Origin: Chloroflexota bacterium
Lineage (GTDB): Bacteria > Chloroflexota > Dehalococcoidia > Dehalococcoidales > RBG-16-60-22
Reading direction: 5' to 3'
DNA: 64,000 nucleotides
NCBI GenBank assembly: GCA_018829775.1
Contig: JAHJTL010000097.1
Span: 15,658-79,657 of the forward strand
Each line of letters starts with the position of its first letter. The first letter of the stretch is position 1. The translations under genes were made by a program, and so were the position numbers. The notes under the pieces are model-generated. The model saw nothing but the letters and a program-made list of their open reading frames with translations. It did not search any database and had not been told where the DNA came from. Of this stretch, positions 8,347 to 17,981 are shown piece by piece.

Positions 8347-9504
8347 ATGGTTGACTCAATAAAGCGGGTGGCCGTTCTCGGCTCCACCGGCTCCATTGGC
8401 CGGCAAACGCTTGATGTTATCAGGGCATTGCCACAGCGATTTCAGGTGGTCGGGCTGGCGGCGGGGAAAAACCTGGAACTGCTCGCCGAACAGGTTCAAG
8501 AGTTCAAGCCGGAATTCATCGGCTGCCCACCGGAAAATGATGACATTGATAAATTAAGAGGATTAGTTGACATAAAAAGTGATTTATTGCCCCTGGATGA
8601 GGTGGCGGCACATCCGGATGCAGACATAGCGGTCATTGCCACTTCCGGAAAGGCGGGGCTGAGGCCGACGCTGGCAGCGTTGCGGGCGGGCAAAAATATA
8701 GCGCTGGCCAATAAAGAATCGCTGGTCTCGGCGGGTGAGATTATCACCGGTGAAGCAAAGAAAAGCGGCGCCCGGATTCTGCCCGTTGACAGTGAGCACA
8801 GTGCCATATGGCAGTGTCTCAACGGTGAAAATCAAGAAGCAGCGAGGATAATTCTGACGGCGTCGGGTGGACCGTTTCGTCGGCTTTCACCAGAGCAATT
8901 GAAAGAGGTAACGGTGGCGCAGGCATTGCAGCACCCCTCGTGGAAGATGGGGAAAAAGGTGACCGTAGACTCGGCGACGCTGATGAACAAGGGGCTGGAG
9001 GTGATTGAAGCGCACTGGCTTTTCCATATGCCATACGACCGCATTGACGTGCTCATCCATCCCCAGAGCATCATTCATTCCATGGTGGAGTTCATCGATG
9101 GCTCAATCAAGGCTCAGCTGAGTTATCCGGATATGCGCCTGCCCATTCAATATGCCCTGTCCTATCCGGAACGATTTATAAATCCCCAGCTCCCCCGGAT
9201 TGACTGGAGCCTGGTGAGGAGCCTGGATTTTGAACCCCCTGATTACGATAAATTCCCCTGCCTGCGACTGGCAATCGAGGCTGGGAGGTGGGGAGGGACA
9301 TACCCGGCAGCGCTCTGCGCTGCCGATGAGGTAGCTGTTGAACTTTTCCTCGACGGGCGCATTCTGTTTACGGATATTGCCAGTTCCATCGAGCGGACGC
9401 TGGAGCAGCACCAGTCTATCAGTAAACCAGGCCTTGAGGAAATCGAGGCGGCGGATAACTGGGCCAGGGAGACATTGCTCAAAACGATAAGCGGAGTTAA
9501 GTAA
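8347..9504 (+). CDS. dxr: 1-deoxy-D-xylulose-5-phosphate reductoisomerase
   Basis: VAVLGSTGSIGRQTLDV, LANKESLV, DSEHSAIWQC, ILTASGGPFR, HPSWKMGKKVTVDSATLMNKGLEVIEAH. Confidence 0.95.
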   Translation: MVDSIKRVAVLGSTGSIGRQTLDVIRALPQRFQVVGLAAGKNLELLAEQVQEFKPEFIGCPPENDDIDKLRGLVDIKSDLLPLDEVAAHPDADIAVIATSGKAGLRPTLAALRAGKNIALANKESLVSAGEIITGEAKKSGARILPVDSEHSAIWQCLNGENQEAARIILTASGGPFRRLSPEQLKEVTVAQALQHPSWKMGKKVTVDSATLMNKGLEVIEAHWLFHMPYDRIDVLIHPQSIIHSMVEFIDGSIKAQLSYPDMRLPIQYALSYPERFINPQLPRIDWSLVRSLDFEPPDYDKFPCLRLAIEAGRWGGTYPAALCAADEVAVELFLDGRILFTDIASSIERTLEQHQSISKPGLEEIEAADNWARETLLKTISGVK

Positions 9505-10568
9505 TGGAAGCGTTCATCACCGTAATTGCTTTCCTGGGAGTGCTGGTGGTGCTGATTATCGCCCACGAATTCGGGCACTATATCACTGCTAAAGCCTCGG
9601 GGGTCACGGTAGAGGAGGTCGGCATCGGTTTTCCGCCCCGACTGCTTTCGTTAAAGCGCGGTGGAACCATATACTCGCTGAATGCGATACCGCTGGGAGG
9701 CTTTGTCAAGATGGCCGGCGAAGAAGACCCCAAGGTTGCCGGAAGCCTCGCCAGCAAGAGCATCCCGGTCAGACTGCTGGCATTCAGCGCCGGTTCGCTG
9801 ATGAACCTGCTATTGCCCCTGCTCCTCTTCTCGGTGGCATTTATGGTCCCACATAATATTGTCTACGGACAGGTGCAGGTCGATGAGGTATCTGCGAACT
9901 CGCCGGCGGCCAGGGCCGGCATCGTTACCGGAGACACTATCCTTGAGGTAAACGGGCAGAAAGTCAATAACATTGGCGATTTGCAGCGCCCTGTCCAGCT
10001 CAACCTGGGTCGGGAGATTGCCGTCCTCGTCGAGCATGCCGATGCCTCAACTGAGGAAGTGAGGGTAGTACCGCGCTGGCAGCCACCGGAAGGTGAAGGC
10101 GCCATTGGCGTTGCCGTGAGAATGGTTTCCCCAACGGTCGTCCGGCAGAGCTATCCCTTCTGGAGAGCGATACCGATGGGCGTGCGGGAGTGCATTGACA
10201 CTTTCGTCCTCTTCAAAAACGGCATTATCGGCCTGATTATCGGCAGCGTACCCAGGATTGTCGCCGGGCCGGTGGGCATCGCACAGATAACCGGCGAGGT
10301 AGCCCAGGCGGGGCTCAGCCCGCTGCTTGAGTTCGCAGCCTTCCTGAGCATCAATCTGGCCATCATCAACCTTCTCCCCCTGCCCGCGCTGGACGGCGGG
10401 AGGATAGCGTTTGTTTTCCTGGAGTGGGTGCGACGCGGCAGGCGAGTGCCGGCCAGAATCGAGGGGATGATTCATATGGCCGGCTTTGCCTTGCTTATCA
10501 CGTTTATCCTGCTCGTTACCTATCAGGATATCATCCGCATCGTCAGCGGCGAGAGCCTGCTGCCATGA
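9504..10568 (+). CDS. rseP: Site-2 (RIP) zinc metalloprotease RseP family
   Basis: HEFGHY zinc motif in TM1, PDZ-like middle region, C-terminal NLLPLPALDGG motif. TAATG overlap with dxr. Confidence 0.9.
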   Translation: MEAFITVIAFLGVLVVLIIAHEFGHYITAKASGVTVEEVGIGFPPRLLSLKRGGTIYSLNAIPLGGFVKMAGEEDPKVAGSLASKSIPVRLLAFSAGSLMNLLLPLLLFSVAFMVPHNIVYGQVQVDEVSANSPAARAGIVTGDTILEVNGQKVNNIGDLQRPVQLNLGREIAVLVEHADASTEEVRVVPRWQPPEGEGAIGVAVRMVSPTVVRQSYPFWRAIPMGVRECIDTFVLFKNGIIGLIIGSVPRIVAGPVGIAQITGEVAQAGLSPLLEFAAFLSINLAIINLLPLPALDGGRIAFVFLEWVRRGRRVPARIEGMIHMAGFALLITFILLVTYQDIIRIVSGESLLP

Positions 10569-11611
10569 TAAAAAGACGCATTTCCAAGCAGATTAATATC
10601 GGCGGGGTGGCAATAGGAGGCGGTGCACCGGTTGTGGTGCAGTCGATGACCAGCACGGACACCCGCGATGTAAGGGCGACCATAAAACAGATAAGAGAGC
10701 TTGAAGAAGTCGACTGCGAGCTGGTGCGGGTGGCTGTGCCCGATGCCGAAGCCGCCCGGGCGATAATTGAAATTAAAAAAGGCATCCAAATTCCTCTCAT
10801 TGCCGATATCCACTTTGACTATAGATTAGCGCTGATGGCGCTGGAGGCGGGCGTCGATGGGCTGCGCCTGAACCCGGGCAATATCGGCGAGGCGGAGAAG
10901 GTGAAGGCGGTGGCGGTGGCGGCCAAAGAGAGGAGTGTGCCCATCCGCATCGGGGTGAACGCCGGCAGCCTGCCGAAAACAAAGAATCCAGATTTAAGCG
11001 TTGCCGAGAGGATGGTCGAGGCAGCTTTAGAGCAGATACGGCTGCTGGAGAGCCTCGACTTCGACCTGATAAAGATATCGCTGAAAGCGTTTGACGTGCC
11101 GACAATGATTGAGGCCTACCAGAGCATTGCCAAGAAGATACCTTATCCATTGCACCTGGGCGTTACCGAGGCGGGCACGCCGAAGAAAGGCGTTATCCGC
11201 AGCGCGGTGGGCATCGGCACTCTGCTTTATATGGGCATCGGCGATACCATCCGCGTTTCATTGACCGCCCATCCCCGCGAGGAGGTCATCGCCGGCTACG
11301 AGATTTTGAAGAGCCTGAACCTGCGCCAGCACGGCCCGGTACTGGTCAGCTGCCCCTCCTGTGGTCGGGCGGAAGTTGATATAGTAAAATTGGCGGAAGA
11401 GGTGGAAGAGCAGCTTTTAAAGATAACCAGGCCGGTAAAGGTGGCGGTGATGGGCTGCGTGGTCAACGGCCCCGGCGAGGCCAAAGACGCCGACGTCGGC
11501 ATCGCCTGCGGGAAGGGGAAAGGTGTTATCTTCAGGAAGGGAAAAAAGGTGGCGGTGGTGGAGGAAAAAGACTTCTTGAGCGCGTTGATGAGGGAAGTAG
11601 AAGGACTTTGA
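10565..11611 (+). CDS. ispG: 4-hydroxy-3-methylbut-2-enyl diphosphate synthase
   Basis: The true start is ATG 10565 (ATGA overlap with rseP), giving MIKRRISKQINIGGVAIGGGAPVVVQSMT. Also RVAVPD, GLRLNPGNIG, IRIGVNAGSL, CPSCGR, GCVVNGPGE. Confidence 0.95.
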   Translation: MIKRRISKQINIGGVAIGGGAPVVVQSMTSTDTRDVRATIKQIRELEEVDCELVRVAVPDAEAARAIIEIKKGIQIPLIADIHFDYRLALMALEAGVDGLRLNPGNIGEAEKVKAVAVAAKERSVPIRIGVNAGSLPKTKNPDLSVAERMVEAALEQIRLLESLDFDLIKISLKAFDVPTMIEAYQSIAKKIPYPLHLGVTEAGTPKKGVIRSAVGIGTLLYMGIGDTIRVSLTAHPREEVIAGYEILKSLNLRQHGPVLVSCPSCGRAEVDIVKLAEEVEEQLLKITRPVKVAVMGCVVNGPGEAKDADVGIACGKGKGVIFRKGKKVAVVEEKDFLSALMREVEGL

Positions 11612-12360
11612 TGCGTTTTATTAAAGAACACTGGAAGATTTTATTACCTGTAACCTTAATCTGGCTTGGCATATTGATAGGGATATGGACTACATGTAAG
11701 GACTGGGATATGCTTGCAGCCATAGGTGCGTGGGTTCTAGTTTTAGGCGTGTTTGCTGCAATTTTGCAAATAAATCAGGCGAAACGAAGCACTAATGCAC
11801 AAATAGCAATGGGCTTATATAGGGAGTTACGTGATGAAAAAGCTATTCAAAAACTTCGTAATATATATACAATCGATGGAGGAAAGATTAAATATTTATC
11901 AAATCAACAGAAACAGGACGTAGATTATATTTTAGATAGACTAGACACATTAGGTAACTTAGTGATAAAAGGCATAGTTGACGATAAGTTGGCAATTGAA
12001 GCTTATGGAGGACCTCCAGCCTTAAGGTTCTGGTATGTGTTAAAAGATTATTTCAGAATGATACAGAAGCAGCGTGGTTATTACGGGGAAAATTTTGAAG
12101 CTTTTACTAGGCGTTCTCTAGAGTATTTTAAAGAAAATGATATTGAAATTAAATATTATCAAACTAGTATTGAAGATAAGGGGATACCGTTGGTGGAGAC
12201 GTTAATGAAATTAATTGACGAGCAGAAGAGTGAAGCATTATGGGAAAATAAAAAGTATCCAAGAGGATTAGAAGAAATTAAGGAAGACAGAATGAAGGAA
12301 CAGGCTAGAAGGCAAACCGAATCATCACAAGAGGGGAGTTCACAAGACAAACCAAACTAG
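11611..12360 (+). CDS. Hypothetical membrane protein, DUF4760-like by recollection; AT-rich insert
   Basis: Two N-terminal TM helices, then a soluble Lys/Glu-rich domain. Clearly lower G+C than the flanking ispG and proS. TGATG junction with ispG. Confidence 0.6.
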   Translation: MRFIKEHWKILLPVTLIWLGILIGIWTTCKDWDMLAAIGAWVLVLGVFAAILQINQAKRSTNAQIAMGLYRELRDEKAIQKLRNIYTIDGGKIKYLSNQQKQDVDYILDRLDTLGNLVIKGIVDDKLAIEAYGGPPALRFWYVLKDYFRMIQKQRGYYGENFEAFTRRSLEYFKENDIEIKYYQTSIEDKGIPLVETLMKLIDEQKSEALWENKKYPRGLEEIKEDRMKEQARRQTESSQEGSSQDKPN

Positions 12361-12376
12361 ATTGGAGTTTTAGCTT

Positions 12377-14077
12377 ATGCGTCTATCACAGTTATTCGGC
12401 AAGACACAGCGGGAAATACCATCCGAGGCAGATACGGCCAGCCACCAGCTGCTGCTACGTGCTGGGATGATAATGCAGGTGGCGGCGGGGGTCTACTCCT
12501 ATATGCCGCTGGGGTGGCGAGTGCTGAAAAAGATTGAGAACATCATCCGCGAGGAGATGGACCGGGCGGGGGGACAGGAACTATCAATGCCCGTGCTCCA
12601 GCCCGTTGAGCTCTGGCAGGAGACGGGGAGAGATAAATCTTTTGGCAAGGGGCTTTTCACCCTGCTCGATCGCCGGGAGCGCACCCTTGTCCTGGGGCCG
12701 ACCCACGAGGAGGTGCTCACCCAGATGGTCAGCCACCACGTCCAGAGCTACCGCGACCTGCCCAAACTGCTCTACCAGATTCAGACCAAGTTCCGCGACG
12801 AGCCGAGGCCGCGCGGCGGGCTGATAAGGGTGCGCGAGTTCATCATGAAGGACCTCTACAGCTTCGACGTTGATGAAGCCGGGCTGGACGTGAGCTACCA
12901 GAAAATGATACAGGCCTACCAGAATATCTATGACCGCTGCTTCCTGCCCACGGTGCTTGTCGAGGCGGACAGCGGCGCCATCGGCGGCAAGGACTCCCAC
13001 GAGTTCATGCTCATCGCCGAGACCGGCGAGGACGAGGTTATCTACTGTGATAGCTGTAAATATGCCGCCAATGCCGACAAGGCGGTCAGCGTGAAAAGAA
13101 AGATCGGGCCTGAAGAACCGCTGCCGTTGGAGGAGGTGGCCACCCCGGGCATGAAGACCATAGAGGAACTGGCCAACTTTCTGAATATGCCCAAAGACCA
13201 TACCCTGAAGGCGGTATTTTACGTCGCTGATGGGCAGGTGGTCTTCGCTATGATAAGGGGCGACCTCGATGTCAACGAGGTGAAGCTGCAGCGACTGCTG
13301 AAATGCACCGATCTGCACCTGGCCACCGAGGCTGAGGTGAGTGAAGCGGGCATCGCTGCCGGCTACGCTTCGCCGATGGGCCTGAAAAACATAAAGATAG
13401 TGGCCGATGATTCGGTGACGGAGGGGATAAACTTCGTTGCCGGCGGCAACAAACCGGACACGCATATCAAGAACGTCAACTACCCGCGCGACTTCAAGGC
13501 AGACATCGTGGCCGATATCGCCCGGGCAAAGGACGGTGACGGCTGTCCCAAGTGCTCCGGTACATTGAAATCCATGCAGGGGATTGAAATCGGCCACGTT
13601 TTCAAGCTGGGCACTTTTCTCAGCACTGCACTGGGCGCCAACTTCATCGATGAAAAGGGTAACTCCCACCCGATAATCATGGGCTGCTACGGAATAGGGC
13701 TGGGAAGGCTGCTGGCTGCCGCCGTTGAGCACTACCACGACGACAAGGGCATTATATGGCCGCTTTCCATCGCGCCCTATCAGGTCTATCTCTGCCCTCT
13801 GTACCGTGAAGACGCAAATATATCGGACACTGCTGAAAAGCTATATGCCGATATGGAAAAAGCTGGCCTCGAGGTGCTCTTTGACGACCGTGAGGAGTCC
13901 CCCGGCGTCAAGTTCAACGATGCCGACCTGCTGGGAATACCGTTGCGGGTAACGGTCAGCCCGCGCACGCTGCAAAGCAACAGCGTTGAGGTGAAGTGGC
14001 GCTCCGAGAAGGAGGCCGCGCTGGTTCCCATTGATAAGGCGGTAGCCAGAGTGAAGGAACTCGTTAAAGCAAAGTGA
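12377..14077 (+). CDS. proS: Prolyl-tRNA synthetase (bacterial type with editing insertion)
   Basis: RAGMI, GWRVLKKIENIIREEM, PTHEEV, FRDEPRPRGGLIRVREF, GCYGIGLGRL. Confidence 0.95.
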   Translation: MRLSQLFGKTQREIPSEADTASHQLLLRAGMIMQVAAGVYSYMPLGWRVLKKIENIIREEMDRAGGQELSMPVLQPVELWQETGRDKSFGKGLFTLLDRRERTLVLGPTHEEVLTQMVSHHVQSYRDLPKLLYQIQTKFRDEPRPRGGLIRVREFIMKDLYSFDVDEAGLDVSYQKMIQAYQNIYDRCFLPTVLVEADSGAIGGKDSHEFMLIAETGEDEVIYCDSCKYAANADKAVSVKRKIGPEEPLPLEEVATPGMKTIEELANFLNMPKDHTLKAVFYVADGQVVFAMIRGDLDVNEVKLQRLLKCTDLHLATEAEVSEAGIAAGYASPMGLKNIKIVADDSVTEGINFVAGGNKPDTHIKNVNYPRDFKADIVADIARAKDGDGCPKCSGTLKSMQGIEIGHVFKLGTFLSTALGANFIDEKGNSHPIIMGCYGIGLGRLLAAAVEHYHDDKGIIWPLSIAPYQVYLCPLYREDANISDTAEKLYADMEKAGLEVLFDDREESPGVKFNDADLLGIPLRVTVSPRTLQSNSVEVKWRSEKEAALVPIDKAVARVKELVKAK

Positions 14078-14088
14078 GGTAGTACAAG

Positions 14089-15570
14089 ATGGCGCTGATG
14101 ACGCCGGAGCAGTTCGAGGAGAGCCTGAAAAAACAGAAGCCGCGCGTGTTCATGAACGGGAAAAGGGTGGCGGATGTCCTGGAGAACAGGAACACGCGCA
14201 CCGTGGTGGAGGCGAACAAAGCCAGCTACGCCTGGGCCCTAGACCCCAGGTATAAAGATATCATGACCTGCTATTCGCCGCTGGTTGATGAGATTGTCAA
14301 TCGCTATACCCACGTGAGCGCCAGCGTTGATGACCTTATCAAAAAGGCGGAGGCGGGGACCTTCACCGCCGAGATGCTCGGGACGTGCATCTACCGCTGC
14401 GTTGGCTACGACGCCTTTCATGCCCTGGCGAGCACCACCTGGGAGATGGACCGCGACCTCGGCACCGAATACCACCCGAGGTTTCTGGAATACCTGAAGA
14501 CGGTGCAGCGTCAGGACTTGTCTGCGGCCGGCGCCCTCACCGAACCGAGGGGAGCGAGAAGTAAAAAAACACTGGACTGGTCCGACCCGTATCTTTCCTT
14601 AAAGGTGGTGGATAAAAACAAGGATGGCATCGTGGTGCGGGGGGCCAAAATCAACATCAGCGGCGCCTACGCCAGCCACGAGCTCGTGGTACTGCCCCAG
14701 GGCGCCCATGCCGAGGGTGAGGAAGACTACGCCATCGCCTTTGCCACGCCGGTGGATGCTAAAGGTATCACTTTTGTCTGCCAGTACACGCCCTATTCCG
14801 CAGAAAGAGAGCAGGCGGATGACCTTGAAGAGCTGGGTAATCCACTCTACGGCCAGCGCGAGACGTCAATGGTCGTCTTTGACAACGTCTTTGTGCCCTG
14901 GGAGCGCGTTTTTCACTGCGGCGAATATCCCTATTCCGGTAAACTGGTGGCCCGCTTTGCCCGGACGCACCGTATGACCTGCGGCGGGACGTGCAAGGTG
15001 GGCTTCATGAACCAGATTATCGGTGCATCAAGGCTGATTCAGGAATACAAAGGCCTGGAGAAAGCGGCCCACATCAACGAGCAACTGGCGGAAATGGTGG
15101 TGCTGCGGGAGACCAGTCGGGCCTGCGGCCTGGAGGCGGCGCGCCGCGGTGCAGAAGAACCTCCCGGCTCTGGCGTGTTCCTGCCCGACGAGTTGATGGG
15201 CAACGTGGCCAAGCTCAATGTCTGCAACGCTTTCTGGCGGGTGATGGCGCTGGCCGGAGATATAGGGGGAGGGCTTATTGTTACCCTGCCCTCGTTGAAG
15301 GAGCTGAAAAACCCCGAGGTCAAGAATTACGTGGAGGAGTTCTACAGCTTCGGCTCTGACGAGCCGACGGAAAACATCATGAAGGTTACAAAACTTCTGC
15401 AGAACTGGACGGCGGGGTTGCACGGCGTTGGAACCTGGCATGGCGCTGGGCCGGTGCAGACTCAGAAAATCATGCTGCAGCGGGTCATCAACTACGACCA
15501 CGAGAAAGAGCTGGTCAAGCGACAATTGAAGCTCAAGGAAAAGGGCAAGAAATCAGAATCCAAAGATTAA
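14089..15570 (+). CDS. 4-hydroxybutyryl-CoA dehydratase / HpaB-family protein
   Basis: Length and N/C architecture of the HpaB/AbfD family. A C-x3-C motif (GTCIYRCVGYDA) and HRMTCGGTC resemble the AbfD Fe-S ligand regions. Confidence 0.65.
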   Translation: MALMTPEQFEESLKKQKPRVFMNGKRVADVLENRNTRTVVEANKASYAWALDPRYKDIMTCYSPLVDEIVNRYTHVSASVDDLIKKAEAGTFTAEMLGTCIYRCVGYDAFHALASTTWEMDRDLGTEYHPRFLEYLKTVQRQDLSAAGALTEPRGARSKKTLDWSDPYLSLKVVDKNKDGIVVRGAKINISGAYASHELVVLPQGAHAEGEEDYAIAFATPVDAKGITFVCQYTPYSAEREQADDLEELGNPLYGQRETSMVVFDNVFVPWERVFHCGEYPYSGKLVARFARTHRMTCGGTCKVGFMNQIIGASRLIQEYKGLEKAAHINEQLAEMVVLRETSRACGLEAARRGAEEPPGSGVFLPDELMGNVAKLNVCNAFWRVMALAGDIGGGLIVTLPSLKELKNPEVKNYVEEFYSFGSDEPTENIMKVTKLLQNWTAGLHGVGTWHGAGPVQTQKIMLQRVINYDHEKELVKRQLKLKEKGKKSESKD

Positions 15571-17972
15571 CCCCTTAAGGTGGCGCCCAGCTGCTGGCTC
15601 AGCTTCTTCAAGATTTGTTCCTGGACTTTGTTTACCTCTTCGTCGGTGAGGGTGTGGGTGGGCGACTGGTAGGTGATGCGGTAGGCGAGCGATTTCTTTC
15701 CTGCGGGCACCTGCTTCCCCGAATAGACATCAAATACGGTCACGCCTTTTACCAGTGAGAAACCTTCGATTATATCACCTATCTGCTGGTGGCTGACGCC
15801 GATATCAACAATCAAAGCAATGTCCCTGACCGTGGCCGGGAAGCGTGGTATCGACTGGAACATACGGTGCTCAGCCGTGAAGGGCAGCAGTTCAGTAACG
15901 TTGATTTCAAACAAGTAGACCGCTTCTGCAAGGTCGAAGGCTTCCATTACCTTGGGGTGCAGCTCCCCGATGACGCCGATTTCTTTATCATCAATGACAA
16001 TGGCTGCCTGATGCGTTGGGTGAAAGCTTTCGTCATTACCCGGCTTGAAGCTGGCAGAAATGCCCAATTTCCCGAACAATCCCTCCAGCACAGCCTTGGC
16101 ATCGAAGAAGTTCAGCGGCCCACCATCGCCGAGCCAGGATATATTGTTTCTGGACCCGCCGAGCAGGCCGCAAAGCACCTCAGGTTCATCGGGTAGCTCT
16201 TTTATTCTTGGCAGATAAATTTTGCCGAGCTCGAAAAGTCGGATACCGACTTCTTCATGTCTCCGGTTTGAGACCAGGATTGCCAGCAGATTGGCGCGCA
16301 GGTTGGGTCTTAGGTATTCCTGCTCTGCGGTCATGGGATTGGCCAGGCGGGCCGGCATCGGTTCAATCTTCTGGGTTTGAGGCTTGAGTCTGAGCAGCAT
16401 TTCCAGGCTGGTGAGGGAATAGGTTATGGCTTCCTGAAAACCAAAGCCAACAAGTGTATCCCGTATCTTGCGTTCCAGGTCGAGCATGGACGCCGGACCG
16501 TGTGGCGGTATCGACTGACTCAGCATGGTCGTCGGGATTTTATCATAGCCGATAATGCGGGCGACCTCTTCAATGAGGTCAACTTCCTGTGTGATGTCGC
16601 TGCGCCAGTAGGGAGCGGTGGCTTTTATCTCGGTGCTTGAGGCACCGGGCTGGCATTCAAACCCCAGCGAGGTCAAAGTACTTATTATCTGGTCGGCGGT
16701 GAATTCCACGCCGAGGAGTTGCTTGGTCCGTTCCGTGGAGATAACGATTGGCTCCGGGTGTCGTTTTCCCGGGTAGGCATCCGCCACGCCTTTGGCAGCC
16801 TGGCCGCCACCGAGTTGCATTATCAACTGCGTGGCCCGTCTCAGCGCCGGCATGGTCAGTTCAGGGCGAATGCCCCGCTCGAAGCGCATGCAGGCTTCGC
16901 TGGGCAGAGACAGATGCTGGCCGGTATAGTGAATGCTGGCCGGGTTGAAATTGGCCGCCTCCAGCAGAATTGAGGTCGTGTCCTCGGTGACCTCACTGTT
17001 GGCACCGCCCATCACGCCGGCGATGGCTACCGCCCGCTCGGCATCGGCGATGACCAGCATGTTGCTGGAGAGCTTGCGCTCCGTGCCATCCAGACTGACA
17101 AGAATTTCACCCTCGGTGGCCCGGCGGACGATGATTTTCTTGCCTCGTATCAGCTCATAGTCGAAGGCGTGCAGGGGCTGTCCCAGCTCGAGCATAACGT
17201 AGTTGGTGACATCGACAATGTTATTAATCGGGCGCATGCCGCAGGCCAGGAGTCGCTGTTGCATCCATGGCGGGGACTCCCCGATTTTGACTCCGGTGAT
17301 GAGGCTGGCGCAGTACCTGGGGCAGAGGTCGGCGTCAATGATTTCCACCGCGATGTTCTGGTCAATTGATGCGCCTGCTTCTTCGTAGGCTGCCTCATGT
17401 GCCTGGAGCTTCTGACTGGTTAATGCCGCCACCTCACTGGCGATGCCGATAACGCAGAGGCAGTCGGGCCGGTTGGGCGTTACATCCAGGTCGAGGACAG
17501 CGTCGCCGAGGTAATCGGCTAACGGTGCACCCACCGGCGCATCGGCGGGCAGAACTAAAATCTCAGTATGATTGTCCGAGATGCCGAGTTCCTTTTCCGA
17601 GCAGACCATTCCGCTCGACTCGACGCCGCGGATTTTGGCCGGCTTCAACTGGGTCATTTGTCCGGTGTGCCCGTCGATAAGCTCGGCGCCAACGCTGGCA
17701 AAAGCCACCTTATCGCCGATGTTGAGGTTCGGCGCACCGCAGACCACCGTCTGTTGCCCGGTGCCGAGGTCAACCGTGGGCAGGCGGAGGCGGTCGGCGT
17801 TGGGATGGGGATTGACCGCTGCAATCTGGCCGACCACAATATTATTCCATCTGCCGCCGATTACCTGTATCCCCTTGGCCTCAGTACCGGCCATAGTCAG
17901 CCGGTCCGCCACTTCTTCTGGCGTCAGATTGACGTCAACGAATTCCTTGAGCCACTTGAGCGGTACTTTCAT
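15567..17972 (-). CDS. pheT: Phenylalanyl-tRNA synthetase beta subunit
   Basis: MKVPLKWLKEFVDV N-terminus with tRNA-binding, B3/4, B5 and FDX-ACB-like regions, 801 aa. Directly downstream of pheS. Confidence 0.95.
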   Translation of the reverse strand: MKVPLKWLKEFVDVNLTPEEVADRLTMAGTEAKGIQVIGGRWNNIVVGQIAAVNPHPNADRLRLPTVDLGTGQQTVVCGAPNLNIGDKVAFASVGAELIDGHTGQMTQLKPAKIRGVESSGMVCSEKELGISDNHTEILVLPADAPVGAPLADYLGDAVLDLDVTPNRPDCLCVIGIASEVAALTSQKLQAHEAAYEEAGASIDQNIAVEIIDADLCPRYCASLITGVKIGESPPWMQQRLLACGMRPINNIVDVTNYVMLELGQPLHAFDYELIRGKKIIVRRATEGEILVSLDGTERKLSSNMLVIADAERAVAIAGVMGGANSEVTEDTTSILLEAANFNPASIHYTGQHLSLPSEACMRFERGIRPELTMPALRRATQLIMQLGGGQAAKGVADAYPGKRHPEPIVISTERTKQLLGVEFTADQIISTLTSLGFECQPGASSTEIKATAPYWRSDITQEVDLIEEVARIIGYDKIPTTMLSQSIPPHGPASMLDLERKIRDTLVGFGFQEAITYSLTSLEMLLRLKPQTQKIEPMPARLANPMTAEQEYLRPNLRANLLAILVSNRRHEEVGIRLFELGKIYLPRIKELPDEPEVLCGLLGGSRNNISWLGDGGPLNFFDAKAVLEGLFGKLGISASFKPGNDESFHPTHQAAIVIDDKEIGVIGELHPKVMEAFDLAEAVYLFEINVTELLPFTAEHRMFQSIPRFPATVRDIALIVDIGVSHQQIGDIIEGFSLVKGVTVFDVYSGKQVPAGKKSLAYRITYQSPTHTLTDEEVNKVQEQILKKLSQQLGATLRG

Positions 17973-17981
17973 CTTATCCTG

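Noticed and set aside
8199-8396. 65-aa minus-strand ORF overlapping the dxr start
   Set aside because: It overlaps the well-supported dxr N-terminus and has no SD or motif.
12584-13738. 384-aa ORF antisense to proS
   Set aside because: It lies entirely opposite an unmistakable proS. It has no motifs and an Arg/Gly/Ala/His/Val-rich composition typical of shadow ORFs in GC-rich coding DNA.
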